A stretch of DNA of 45,020 nt from a bacterium (GCA_013202595.1 JABMPV010000229.1:1-45020), one strand, 5' to 3'. Positions 23,141-32,131 are shown, numbered from the stretch's first letter. The notes: generated by a model not told the origin, from the letters alone. Translations and numbers: made by a program.

Positions 23141-25278
23141 TCGTCCAGGGAACGCTCGGCCAGGAGCATCGACAGGTCTTGGACCACGATGTCCTCGCGC
23201 CCGATCTCCTTGACGCCGTCGTCGATCATGACGTAACAGAAGGGGCACCCGGTCGCGATCTGATCGGCGCCGGTTGCCACGGCCTCCTCTGTGCGCTCGA
23301 TGTTGATCTTCTTGCCCGTCTGCTCCTCCATCCACATCCGTGAGCCGCCGGCACCACAGCAGAACGCATCGGTCCCGCAGCGTGGCATGTCCACGTACTC
23401 GTCGGTGATGGACTGCAAGACCTGGCGCGGAGCCACGAATACGTCGTTGTGCCTGCCCAGGTAGCAGGGATCGTGATAGGTGATCCTGCCCGAGCCGGTC
23501 CTGGGGACGATCCGCTCCTCATCGATCAACTGCATCAGCATCTGGCTGTGGTGGATGACCTCGTACTCGCCACCGAACTGCGGATACTCGTTTGCCAGCG
23601 TGTTGAAGCAGTGCGGGCACTGCGTGATGACCTTGGTGATCCCCAGATCGTTGAGCGTCTCGATGTTCTGCAATGCCAGCTGCTGGAACACGTACTCGTT
23701 GCCCGCCCGTCTGGCCGGATCTCCCGTGCACAACTCGGCAGATCCGAGAATCGCGAAGTCCACGCCCGCCTCATCGAGCAGCCGGGCCGTGGCGATGGTG
23801 ACCTTCTTGTTGCGATCGTCGAATGAACCCGCACACCCCACCCAGTAGAGGTACTCGGCGGTGACCCCCGGCTCGCCGACGACCTTCACCTCGAAGTCGA
23901 CCTCATCGGTCCACGCCGCCCGCTCCTTCTGGCTCATGCCGTAGGGGTTGGACGAGTTCTCCATGCTGATGAACGTCGCTCCCAACTCAGAGGGGAAATC
24001 GCCCTCCATGAGTGCCAGGTACCTGCGCATGTCGAGGATCTTGTCGAGGATCTCGATGTCGACCGGGCAGATGTCGTCGCACGCCCTGCATGTCGTACAG
24101 GCCCACAACTCCGCGGCGGTGATCCGCTCGAAGACCGAGTCTGCAGTGACGGTGATCTCCCGATCCACCCCGACGGGTGGGGACACGACCGGATCGCCCG
24201 TGAGTGCCGCCACTGTGCCCAACTTCAGAACGATCTCCCTCGGATCGAGCGGCTTCCCCGTCTGATTGGCCGGGCATACCGATGTGCACCGTCCGCAGAT
24301 GGTGCATGCGTCGGTGTCGAGCAGTTGCTTCCAGGTGAAGTCGGCCATTGCGGCGGCACCAATCGACTCGATGTCGGTGGCCTCCATGAGGTTGGGGATC
24401 GGACGCATCGCTCCGACCGGTCGCTCCCTGGCCGACAGCACCATGTTGACCGGCGACGTCAGGGCGTGACGCAGCTTGGTGACCGGAAGGACGATGAGGA
24501 ACGCGCAGAAGGTCACGGCGTGGAAGACCCAGGAGACCTGATGGACCCCGGCGACCGCGCTGTCGGGTACCAGGTACGAGAGACCGTATCCGGCGAAGGA
24601 CCAGACCTCGAACGCCGGCCTTCCGGCCGCTGCGATCCTGACGGCCTCGACGATCAGCCCCGAGGTGGCGACCAGGCCGAGAACCACGAGGATGACCGCA
24701 TCCTCGGGACGGGTCTTGGTGGCGATGCGCAGCGGCGGAGTCAGATAGCGCCGCACCGCCGCCCAGATGAGGCCGCCGATGAGCATCAACGCTGCGACAT
24801 CGAGCACGAGGGAGAACCCCTGATAGAACGCACCCTCGACGAACTTGAGATTGCCGGGGAGCAGGTGGTCGATCTCCACGATGATCGTCCCGAACAGCAG
24901 GAGGACGAACCCCCAATAGATCAGGGCGTGCATGAGGCCGGCGGCCCGATCCTCGAGCACGGACTTCAGGCTCAGCGCCTTGACCAGGGCCTTGAATCGC
25001 TCTCCCCATTGGCCGGAGCGACGCTCCGGCGCCCCGCGTTCCCAATTCCTGGCCCTGATTGCGAACAGGTAGGCGGTCAGCCCGAGGAATACGCCTGCGC
25101 CGACATAGAAGAGGGCGACGAGCGGTTCGGGGATGTTGCCGAAGACGGTGCGCCCGATCTCGGGGTGGTAGTGATCGGGGAGCGTTCCCAACCACCAGAG
25201 CAACATCGTCCCCAGCGGGAGGAGGACGACGAGGGCGAAGAGCGCCCCTGACAGCACCTTGCGGCGACGCGGTTCCAT
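23137..25278 (-). CDS. membrane-fused Fe-S oxidoreductase, HdrD/DsrK-like CCG domains with a NarI/DsrM-like N-terminal membrane domain (Mtb Rv0338c-like)
   Basis: 713 aa. It has about 5-6 N-terminal TM helices, two ferredoxin motifs (CTICGRCTSVCP, CTTCRACDDICP) and two cysteine-rich CCG-type domains (WVGCAG...CTGD; QCPHCFNTL ...CCGAGG...GCPFC). Confidence 0.88.
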   Translation of the reverse strand: MEPRRRKVLSGALFALVVLLPLGTMLLWWLGTLPDHYHPEIGRTVFGNIPEPLVALFYVGAGVFLGLTAYLFAIRARNWERGAPERRSGQWGERFKALVKALSLKSVLEDRAAGLMHALIYWGFVLLLFGTIIVEIDHLLPGNLKFVEGAFYQGFSLVLDVAALMLIGGLIWAAVRRYLTPPLRIATKTRPEDAVILVVLGLVATSGLIVEAVRIAAAGRPAFEVWSFAGYGLSYLVPDSAVAGVHQVSWVFHAVTFCAFLIVLPVTKLRHALTSPVNMVLSARERPVGAMRPIPNLMEATDIESIGAAAMADFTWKQLLDTDACTICGRCTSVCPANQTGKPLDPREIVLKLGTVAALTGDPVVSPPVGVDREITVTADSVFERITAAELWACTTCRACDDICPVDIEILDKILDMRRYLALMEGDFPSELGATFISMENSSNPYGMSQKERAAWTDEVDFEVKVVGEPGVTAEYLYWVGCAGSFDDRNKKVTIATARLLDEAGVDFAILGSAELCTGDPARRAGNEYVFQQLALQNIETLNDLGITKVITQCPHCFNTLANEYPQFGGEYEVIHHSQMLMQLIDEERIVPRTGSGRITYHDPCYLGRHNDVFVAPRQVLQSITDEYVDMPRCGTDAFCCGAGGSRMWMEEQTGKKINIERTEEAVATGADQIATGCPFCYVMIDDGVKEIGREDIVVQDLSMLLAERSLDD

Positions 25279-25338
25279 GGGCTTCCTTCCGATTCCCTGA
25301 TTGGCACCGATGCTACCCCCGTCGACCAGGGCGTTTGC

Positions 25339-26070
25339 TCACGTGGCGGTACCGACGGCCAGGCCCCTCCCGAGGTGGGTTCCGGGCTCCAGGAACTCCG
25401 CCGAGAGACCTGCCGCTTCGATGCTTCGCGTGTACTGATCGGGGGTGAACAGTCCCATCACATGCTGTTCTATGAACATCTCGGAACCGCCCTCGGTCGT
25501 CACCAGATAGGCGAACTCCAGCCTGGACACGCCCTCATCAACCGCGGTCTCCCGATTGAGCCAGCGCGAGGTGCGCATCACTGTGGTCCCGGGTACCTCC
25601 GAGACATCAGAGAACAGCCGGTTCCCCTCGAGGAGCAGGTGTGGCTGCAGCCACGGCTCTATCACCAGCACTCCGCCCGGTTCGAGATGACGGGCCATCG
25701 AGGCGACGGCGCTGCACAGGTCATCGACCGTGGCGGCGTAGCCGATCGAAGAGAACAGGCACGTCACGGCGTCGAATCGCCGACCCAGATCGAAGTCGGT
25801 GAAGTCTGCTTCGTGCAGGTCCGCGTGGGGAAGTCGCTCCGCAGCCACTGCGAGCATCCCCGGATCGATGTCCGTTCCGGCCGCGTACTCGAAACTCCGA
25901 CCAAAGATCTCGATGTGCTTGCCCGTCCCACACGCGACATCGAGCACCGATGCGGCATCGGGGCGGCGCGAACGGATCACCTCCTCGATCGTGGTCGCAT
26001 GGTCGCCGTAATCGAGTTGCCAATACACCGCGTCATAGATGTGGGCGGTCGACTCGAATGGACCTGACAT
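25339..26070 (-). CDS. class I SAM-dependent methyltransferase (TylM1/DesVI-like fold)
   Basis: Motif I VLDVACGTGKH. N-terminus is MSGPFESTAHIYDAVY...; other blocks are FDAVTCLFSSIGY and LEPGGVLVIEPW. I prefer ATG 26070. The longest ORF starts at a TTG at 26106. Confidence 0.85.
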   Translation of the reverse strand: MSGPFESTAHIYDAVYWQLDYGDHATTIEEVIRSRRPDAASVLDVACGTGKHIEIFGRSFEYAAGTDIDPGMLAVAAERLPHADLHEADFTDFDLGRRFDAVTCLFSSIGYAATVDDLCSAVASMARHLEPGGVLVIEPWLQPHLLLEGNRLFSDVSEVPGTTVMRTSRWLNRETAVDEGVSRLEFAYLVTTEGGSEMFIEQHVMGLFTPDQYTRSIEAAGLSAEFLEPGTHLGRGLAVGTAT

Positions 26071-26118
26071 GACCACCATTGTGATGAACCGGGCAGCGCC
26101 AGGCAAGGATGCAGACGC

Positions 26119-26152
26119 GAGAACCGCCGGCCCCAGCGGACCGGCGGTTCTC
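26119..26152 (-). terminator. putative stem-loop terminator/attenuator downstream of pspA
   Basis: Perfect 12-bp inverted repeat GAGAACCGCCGG (26119-26130) / CCGGCGGTTCTC (26141-26152) with a 10-nt loop, 28 nt after the pspA stop. There is no clear U-tract, which I recall being common in high-GC actinobacteria. Confidence 0.45.
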
Positions 26153-26179
26153 TTCAGTCTGAGTGTTCTCTGACTCGAC

Positions 26180-26902
26180 CTAGAGGTCGATCCCCAGCTC
26201 CGCCTTGAGTTCGGCGAGCTTGCTGTCGGCCTGGGCGAGAGACACGGCTTCGCGCAGCTCGGACTCTGCGCCTTCCGGTGTCACTTCGCGCAGTTCGGCG
26301 CGTGCCATTGCCTCGCTCTTGCGCTTCTCGATCTTCTCCTCGACCTTGTCGAGGCTGACGGCATCTACGTCCATGGACGCCGACATGGCCTCCACTGCCT
26401 GGTTGACCGACTCCTGCATCTTCGCCTGCTGGAGTTCGCCGAGGAGCTGCATCCGCTTGGCGGCGAGTTCCTGCACACGCATGGCGTTCTGCTGCACGGC
26501 CGACTTGGCTTCCTCTGCCTGCTTGGCAGAGGCCTCGTACTGGCCCTTGAGCCCGTTCAAGTTGCTCTCGGCCGCCTGGAGCTTCATGGCCAGCGACTGG
26601 GCCGTCGAGGTCCACTTGTCGACTGCTGCTGCGTCTCCGGCTCCGGAGGCCTCCTGGGCCTTCAGCAATGCCTGCTTGGCCATCTCGCGAGCATCACCGA
26701 CGCTGTCGGCCGCCCTGTCGATCTGGCTCTCGAGTTGCGTCCTGTGCGCGACGACCTTTGCGGCCTGGTTGCGCAGCGCCTGATCCTGCTTGCGCGCCTC
26801 GGTGATGGCCTGCTCGATTTCGATCTCGGGGTTCATCGCGTCCTCGGCCTTGATCCGGAACCAGGACTTGATGTACCCCCAGATGCGCTTGAAGAAACCC
26901 AT
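26180..26902 (-). CDS. pspA: PspA/IM30 (phage-shock protein A / Vipp1) family protein
   Basis: MGFFKRIWGYIKSWFRIKAEDAMNPEIEIEQAITEARKQDQALRNQAAKVVAH..., with long coiled-coil heptads throughout. The 240-aa size is typical for the family. Confidence 0.92.
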   Translation of the reverse strand: MGFFKRIWGYIKSWFRIKAEDAMNPEIEIEQAITEARKQDQALRNQAAKVVAHRTQLESQIDRAADSVGDAREMAKQALLKAQEASGAGDAAAVDKWTSTAQSLAMKLQAAESNLNGLKGQYEASAKQAEEAKSAVQQNAMRVQELAAKRMQLLGELQQAKMQESVNQAVEAMSASMDVDAVSLDKVEEKIEKRKSEAMARAELREVTPEGAESELREAVSLAQADSKLAELKAELGIDL

Positions 26903-26995
26903 GAGTTCCGCGTCCTTCTACGTCGGGGAGGCGAATGATAGGTGGCGCGCTATCGCCAGGCGACGGCTGCTCCATCCCGGCGACACCGGGGCCCG

Positions 26996-28345
26996 TCAGC
27001 GACTCCTGCGCTTGCGGGTCCTGCCGGCACGTTTCCTGGTCTTCCCCGCCGATGACGAGGACTTTCGCCTGCTGGTTGAGCCCACCGACTTGCCGACTGA
27101 TCGGCTGGATGATGAGGACGGAGAACTCGTGTAGCGGGTTCGCTGAGAGCGCCGGGACGACCAGTCGTACGACCTGGCCTGCCCCATCCCACCGACGATC
27201 ACCGCAAACAGATCGCCGAGATCGAGACCGCCGCCGCCGTACGAGCGCGGCGCAGTGGCCGCGGGAACCTGGCGCCCGCCCACCTCGATCATCCGGGTGG
27301 AAGGCTCCTGGCCTCTCCGGAGCTTCTCAGCATCGGGGCTGCACACGACGACCTTCTTCTCCCCAGCCGAGGTCTTGATGGAAGCCTCCTCGAAAGGCCC
27401 CTGGTGGGTCGGATCGAAGAAGCAGGCATGGCGTTCCTCGGGCTTCGGCTTCTCCGGAGCCGGCTTGCCGTCGGCGATGGCCGCTGCGGCATCCAACTGC
27501 CAGCGCGCCTCGTCGAGTCGATCCGACAGAGTCTCGAGTTTGGACATCTCGTCTGCCGCCTCGAACGAGTCGCTCGCGTCGGTGAACGTCTTACTCGCCT
27601 GCTCCAGGTAGGCGTTGTCGTCCCGGGTCGATGAGGCCGACACCTGATCGGAGATCTCGAGGATGATGTTGGCCATGGCGTCGAGTTGGCCCCGGATCTC
27701 GTGACGGGCCTCCTCTACGCGGTCGAGGGCCGACGCCTCCGACTGCTTCTTGGATCGCCGGATCAGCCACCACACCAGGGCGACCAGACCACCCACGATC
27801 AGGATGAAGATCAGGAACCCGCCGCTCCCACCACCGGAGTCCGACTCGGATCCTCCTGAGGCAACGGTGGTCGCAGGCGCCGAGCCTGCGATGAGTTGAT
27901 CGACGAACGCATCGACATAACCGGCATCGCCACCACCAGCCTCGAAGCCTGCGTCGAGTGCCGCCTCGAGTTGCGCCTGAGAGAACTCGGTGCTCTCTGC
28001 CCCGTCCTGGTTCTCGGACAGCACGAGGACGGTGCCATCTCCGACCCTGTCGAGGACGCCGCCAGCGAACGTCGTCGATCCGCCGCTCGGGTCGGAATCG
28101 AGCAGGACCACCATCACTCGATAGCCGGCATTTCCGGCCCTGGTGATGGAGTTCGACAGCGAATTCGTATCGACCGTCAGGCTGGGGTCGACGTAGTACC
28201 CGATGTCGACGACGACCGGCGCGACGATCTCAGGGGTTCCGGCAAAGGCGGGCCCCGCAGGGGCCAGGACGAAGAGTGCAACGATGATGAGAGTAAGGAT
28301 CCGGCGCATGCCCGAGAGCATAGGCTCTGCGGGCGGTCGGATCAC
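26996..28345 (-). CDS. TPM-domain-like membrane protein with cytoplasmic coiled-coil/Cys-containing domain and Ser/Arg/Lys-rich tail
   Basis: The signal-like N-terminus is best read from M13 at 28309 (MRRILTLIIVALFVLAPAGPAFA). Then come a TPM-like ectodomain (YRVMVVLLDS...GTVLVLSENQ), a Gly/Ser linker, a TM segment (FLIFILIVGGLVALVWWLI), coiled-coil, HACFFDPTHQGPF...VVVCSPD, and the basic tail ...SSRRSQRTRYTSSPSSSSSRSVGKSVGSTSRRKSSSSAGKTRKRAGRTRKRRSR. The longest ORF starts at GTG 28345. Confidence 0.7.
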   Translation of the reverse strand: MIRPPAEPMLSGMRRILTLIIVALFVLAPAGPAFAGTPEIVAPVVVDIGYYVDPSLTVDTNSLSNSITRAGNAGYRVMVVLLDSDPSGGSTTFAGGVLDRVGDGTVLVLSENQDGAESTEFSQAQLEAALDAGFEAGGGDAGYVDAFVDQLIAGSAPATTVASGGSESDSGGGSGGFLIFILIVGGLVALVWWLIRRSKKQSEASALDRVEEARHEIRGQLDAMANIILEISDQVSASSTRDDNAYLEQASKTFTDASDSFEAADEMSKLETLSDRLDEARWQLDAAAAIADGKPAPEKPKPEERHACFFDPTHQGPFEEASIKTSAGEKKVVVCSPDAEKLRRGQEPSTRMIEVGGRQVPAATAPRSYGGGGLDLGDLFAVIVGGMGQARSYDWSSRRSQRTRYTSSPSSSSSRSVGKSVGSTSRRKSSSSAGKTRKRAGRTRKRRSR

Positions 28346-28392
28346 CCGGGGCCCTATTCAAGGTTCAATCGCCCAGTTGCCGATGACTGAGG

Positions 28393-29145
28393 GTGTCCGA
28401 GCCTCTCTCCATCTACCGGTCGCGCCCAGGGCTCATCGCGCTGCTGACCGTCCTCAGCCTCGTGACGATGCTGGCCGGATCAATGGCGATCGGCCGCATG
28501 GCCCCGGGAGAGACCGTTTGGTTCACAGCCGGCCTGGCCTGCGGGGTCACCGCGGTGGTCGCGGCGATCCTGGTGCTCCGGGTCTCGGGGCGGCGTCTCA
28601 CGACATTCGACGAGGGTTTCACCATCAAGACGCCCCGATCGTCGGTGACCGCACGATGGGAGAACATCGATGAGTTCTTCGCTCCGCCGGCCGCCATCAC
28701 CGGGACCATCATGCGGAGGATGGCGGGCAGATACGAGTATCGCCTCGTCATCGGCGCCTCGACCATCGATCTCGGCCTTCCGGTCGGAGCCGATGGCGAC
28801 CTGGGAGCGTTGATCGACGAGCAGACCCGGCCGATGCTCCATCGCAAGTGGGCGACGAGGCTGGCGTCCGGTCGCAGCGTCCTTGCAGGGCCCATCGCCC
28901 TGAGCGCCGCAGGGATCCGCATCGGATCGGTGCGGAAGACGGATATCCCGTTCGCCGACATCTCCTCTGTCGATCTCCGGGGAGGCAACCTCGAGATCCA
29001 ATGCCGCAGCCGCCGCTCCTCGAGGCGCATCCCGATACACCGGATCCCCAACGTCCGCACGGTCGTAGAACTGATCGACCAGCGTGACGAATGGATGCCG
29101 GCCCGTGCTCAGGAACCGCCACGCCGGACCCGCAGCTGGGGTTGA
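28393..29145 (+). CDS. hypothetical membrane protein with two bacterial PH-like repeats
   Basis: GTG start. It has two N-terminal TM helices (LIALLTVLSLVTMLAGSMAI, WFTAGLACGVTAVVAAILVL). These are followed by segments of the form 'FTIKTPRSSVTARWENIDEFF' and 'IRIGSVRKTDIPFADISSVDLRGGNLEIQ', which resemble bPH/YdbS-type domains. Confidence 0.6.
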   Translation: MSEPLSIYRSRPGLIALLTVLSLVTMLAGSMAIGRMAPGETVWFTAGLACGVTAVVAAILVLRVSGRRLTTFDEGFTIKTPRSSVTARWENIDEFFAPPAAITGTIMRRMAGRYEYRLVIGASTIDLGLPVGADGDLGALIDEQTRPMLHRKWATRLASGRSVLAGPIALSAAGIRIGSVRKTDIPFADISSVDLRGGNLEIQCRSRRSSRRIPIHRIPNVRTVVELIDQRDEWMPARAQEPPRRTRSWG

Positions 29146-29154
29146 TCGGGTCGA

Positions 29155-30066
29155 TCAGCGGCCGAACAGGGCCCTGGTGAAGAACCAGACGTTGGACGGC
29201 CGCTCGGCGATTCGCCGCGTCAGATAGGGATACCAGGCATCGCCGTAAGGCACGTACACCCGAACCCTGTGACCGTCGGAGTTCAGCTCTCTCTGCATGG
29301 CACCCCTGATGCCGTAGAGCATCTGGAACTCGAACGGATTGGATCGGCCCTCTCCAGCGGCCACCGCAGCGGCCACCCTGGCCTCGTCATGGGTAGCGAT
29401 GGCGGGGTAGCTCTCCTCGGCCGCCATCAGAGGCCCCAGCAGCGCATCGAAGGCCTCATCGACATCGGACCGGCTTCGCAGCGCCACGTCGTCGGGTTCG
29501 TCGTACGCGCCCTTACACAGCCGGATATGGCCGTCGAGTGAGAGCACCCTGGCGAGGTCCTCCGCCGTCCTGTGCAGGTATGCCTGGAGAGCCACGCCGA
29601 GGTTCCCGTGCTCCTTCTGCACCCGCTCCACGATGTCGAGGGTCACGCCGGTATGGCCGCTCTCCTCCATGTCGACCGTCACGGTCAACCCGTGGGCAGC
29701 CGCCCTCCCGGCGAGAGCCAGAAGCGACAGCGTGGCCAATTCGTCGTCGAGTCCCATCCCCAGCTGGGTGAGCTTCACCGAGATGTTGGCGTCGAGACCC
29801 TCCGCGGCGATCCGGTCGATGCAGGCCAGGTAGTCGTCCCTGGCACGCTCGGCCAAAGAAGGATCGTCGACGTGCTCGCCGAGATGATCGAGTGAGACGG
29901 TGAAGCCCTCTTCGTTGAGTCGGCGAGTGGCTGCGACGGCATCGTCGAGCGATTCTCCTGCCACGAAGCGCATGGCGACTCGCCTGCCCCAGGCATGGGA
30001 GGTAAAAAGGCGGCGGACCCAACCCCAGCGTGTGACCGCCAGCACCAGGCGCCCGAGGAGGCTCAT
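29155..30066 (-). CDS. proline dehydrogenase (monofunctional PRODH)
   Basis: RFVAGESLDDAV, SLDHLGE, ISVKLTQLG, VTVDMEES, LQAYL, IRLCKGAY, ATHD, FEFQMLYGI, VRVYVPYG and WYPYLTRRIAERP are the canonical PRODH blocks. The ATG overlaps the proC stop (ATGA at 30063-30066). Confidence 0.92.
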   Translation of the reverse strand: MSLLGRLVLAVTRWGWVRRLFTSHAWGRRVAMRFVAGESLDDAVAATRRLNEEGFTVSLDHLGEHVDDPSLAERARDDYLACIDRIAAEGLDANISVKLTQLGMGLDDELATLSLLALAGRAAAHGLTVTVDMEESGHTGVTLDIVERVQKEHGNLGVALQAYLHRTAEDLARVLSLDGHIRLCKGAYDEPDDVALRSRSDVDEAFDALLGPLMAAEESYPAIATHDEARVAAAVAAGEGRSNPFEFQMLYGIRGAMQRELNSDGHRVRVYVPYGDAWYPYLTRRIAERPSNVWFFTRALFGR

Positions 30067-30884
30067 CCGGCCTCTCCGGCGGCACGCTCACCGAGTTCTC
30101 TCGAGCGACCGGCGGCAGCTCTGACTGCATCCTCGACCACTGCCCTGAAGCCGCGTTCCTCGAGGACGTGCATAGCCGCGGCCGTGGTGCCTCCCGGTGA
30201 TGTGACCTGCGCTCGCAGCTGCTCTGGAGTCAGCTCCTGGGCCGCCAACAGCATCCCGGCACCCCGCACCGTCTGGTCGACGAGACGCTCGGCGGCATGC
30301 CTGGGCAGGCCCTCGCGCACCGCCGCCTCGATGAGTGCCTCGGCGAGCAGGAAGATGTACGCAGGGCCAGTGCCGGACACAGCCGTGACCGCGTCCAGGA
30401 GATGCTCGTCCAGGACGATCGTCTCACCAACCGCACCGAGCACGGCCCGCGCCCTGGCGACGGCCTCGTCCTCTGCGAAACGCCCGGCGCACAGAGCCGT
30501 GATGCCTTCGTCGATGGCGGCGGGGGTGTTGGGCATCGCCCTGATCACGGGGATCTCGCCGAGGCTCTGCTCGAACAACGAGGTCGGCACACCGGCGGCC
30601 AGACTCACGACCACCTGACCGGGGACGACCACTGGTGAGATCTGCTCGAGCAGACGGGGAACATCCCGGGGCTTGACGGCGATCAGCAGCACGTCCTTGC
30701 CATCCATTGCCGTCGCGGCGTCGAGGACCGTGACCACACCGGTACGGCTCTCGAGCTCGTCGCGCCGCTCGTCACGACGCACTGCCAGCGCCAGGGCATC
30801 AGTCGGCCAGCCCGCTCTGAGGAGTCCGGCGGCGAAGACCTCACCGAGAGCACCGGCGCCGAGGATTGCCACGCTTGGTTGCAT
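30063..30884 (-). CDS. proC: pyrroline-5-carboxylate reductase
   Basis: N-terminal Rossmann VAILGAGALGEVFAAGLL, then LLIAVKPRDV, MPNTPAAIDEGITAL and VTSPGGTTAAAMHVLEERGF. Confidence 0.92.
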   Translation of the reverse strand: MQPSVAILGAGALGEVFAAGLLRAGWPTDALALAVRRDERRDELESRTGVVTVLDAATAMDGKDVLLIAVKPRDVPRLLEQISPVVVPGQVVVSLAAGVPTSLFEQSLGEIPVIRAMPNTPAAIDEGITALCAGRFAEDEAVARARAVLGAVGETIVLDEHLLDAVTAVSGTGPAYIFLLAEALIEAAVREGLPRHAAERLVDQTVRGAGMLLAAQELTPEQLRAQVTSPGGTTAAAMHVLEERGFRAVVEDAVRAAAGRSRELGERAAGEAG

Positions 30885-30976
30885 GGGGCGAGTCTACGAA
30901 CCCTGGGCGAGGACCGGAGGCGGGATGGTGCAGCGGGCCGACGACGAGCCCCGGGCATCGTGGTTGAATCCTCACG

Positions 30977-31363
30977 GTGACCACTCCACCGATCTCCGAG
31001 CACATCACGTTCCTGTTCGTCGAGGACCTCGAAGCGTCCCATCACTTCTACGCGGAGGTTCTCGGACTGCCGATGGCGCTCGATCAGGGATCGTGTCGCA
31101 TCTATCGAGTCGCCGGGTCCGCATACCTGGGGGTCTGCGAGCGGCCTGGCCGCGTGTCCCCCGAGGGGATAATCGTGACCGTCGTCTCCCCTGATGTCGA
31201 CGAATGGCACGCCCGGCTGACGGGGTATGAAGTGCCTGTCGAGGAGGAGCCGCAGCTGTTCGAGGCGTACAAGGTGTATCACGCGTTCTACAGGGACCCC
31301 GACGGCTACCTCATCGAGATCCAGGAGTTCCGGGACGAGCGCTGGGACCCGACGACTGACTGA
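30977..31363 (+). CDS. VOC-family (glyoxalase/bleomycin-resistance/dioxygenase) protein
   Basis: HITFLFVEDLEASHHFYAEVLGL ... HAFYRDPDGYLIEIQEF is the typical paired beta-alpha-beta-beta-beta VOC pattern. GTG start. Confidence 0.8.
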   Translation: MTTPPISEHITFLFVEDLEASHHFYAEVLGLPMALDQGSCRIYRVAGSAYLGVCERPGRVSPEGIIVTVVSPDVDEWHARLTGYEVPVEEEPQLFEAYKVYHAFYRDPDGYLIEIQEFRDERWDPTTD

Positions 31364-31371
31364 GGAGCCGG

Positions 31372-32082
31372 TCAACCGCTCCCGGTCTTGCGTCCCGACG
31401 CCAGCTTCTTGCGGGTCTCTCTGACGGCTATCGCCGGTAGCTCGGCGGCGTGGTCGTCGATGAAGCGAGCCACCCCGGCGGGCGACTGCCTCGTGTGCTC
31501 CCGCAGGACCCAGGAGATCGCCTTCGGGATCGCCGCCTCGCGATCGCCGGCCAATCGCAGCACCAGAGCGCCCGATGGGGCGAACCACGGGCCGGCATCG
31601 TCGAGGCGTGACAGCCGGGAGGCTCCCACCAGTGCCACCCGCCTCGCCCAGGGATGCCGATCGCCGGCCAGAGCTTCGAGGACCCCGAACCGTTCGCCGG
31701 GATCGTCCCCGACCCACGGTCCAAGGAGGGCCATTCCCAGCTGATCGGTCGTCTCCCAGTTGTCGAGGAGCGGCGTCCAGCCGTCGAGTCGGTCCCGATC
31801 GAAGGCCGACCTGCTGGCAGCATTCCTTCCGAGGATGAGGGCGGCCACCACCATCTCCTCGCGGACGGCCCGGGTCCACAGCGCATCTGCAACGGCGGCG
31901 ATCTCCGCCGGAGTGGCCCCGGGGTGCTCCCCATGCCAACCCGAGGCGATTCTCCTGAGTTCGCTCACCTTGACGCCGTAGAACGGCAATTGCGTGCGGA
32001 TGATCGGCGCCGGATCGACCGGCTCTGCAGAGATGGCTCTGAGCCGCCCGACGATCTGATCTGCCTCGCTGATGGGGTCCAT
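31372..32082 (-). CDS. DNA alkylation repair protein (AlkC/AlkD-like HEAT-repeat family, PF08713-like)
   Basis: I trimmed track ORF 31372..32265 to ATG 32082. FYGVKVSELRRIA, LWTRAVREEMVVAALIL, LLDNWETTDQLG, HPWARRVALV and AISWVLRE match the family pattern. Confidence 0.75.
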   Translation of the reverse strand: MDPISEADQIVGRLRAISAEPVDPAPIIRTQLPFYGVKVSELRRIASGWHGEHPGATPAEIAAVADALWTRAVREEMVVAALILGRNAASRSAFDRDRLDGWTPLLDNWETTDQLGMALLGPWVGDDPGERFGVLEALAGDRHPWARRVALVGASRLSRLDDAGPWFAPSGALVLRLAGDREAAIPKAISWVLREHTRQSPAGVARFIDDHAAELPAIAVRETRKKLASGRKTGSG

Positions 32083-32131
32083 CCACCACAGGGTATTCAC
32101 CAGGAGCGTCGACGGCTCCACGGCTGCCGGC

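Noticed and set aside
26106-26106. TTG start at 26106 for the SAM-methyltransferase, and similar longest-ORF starts: 16032 for pheA, 28345 for the TPM protein, 10145 for amylosucrase.
   Set aside because: Downstream ATG/GTG starts give family-typical N-termini (MSGPFES...YD, MRAGYQGE, the signal peptide MRRILTL...) or a GTGA coupling overlap. The longest-ORF starts remain possible and are noted in the feature evidence.
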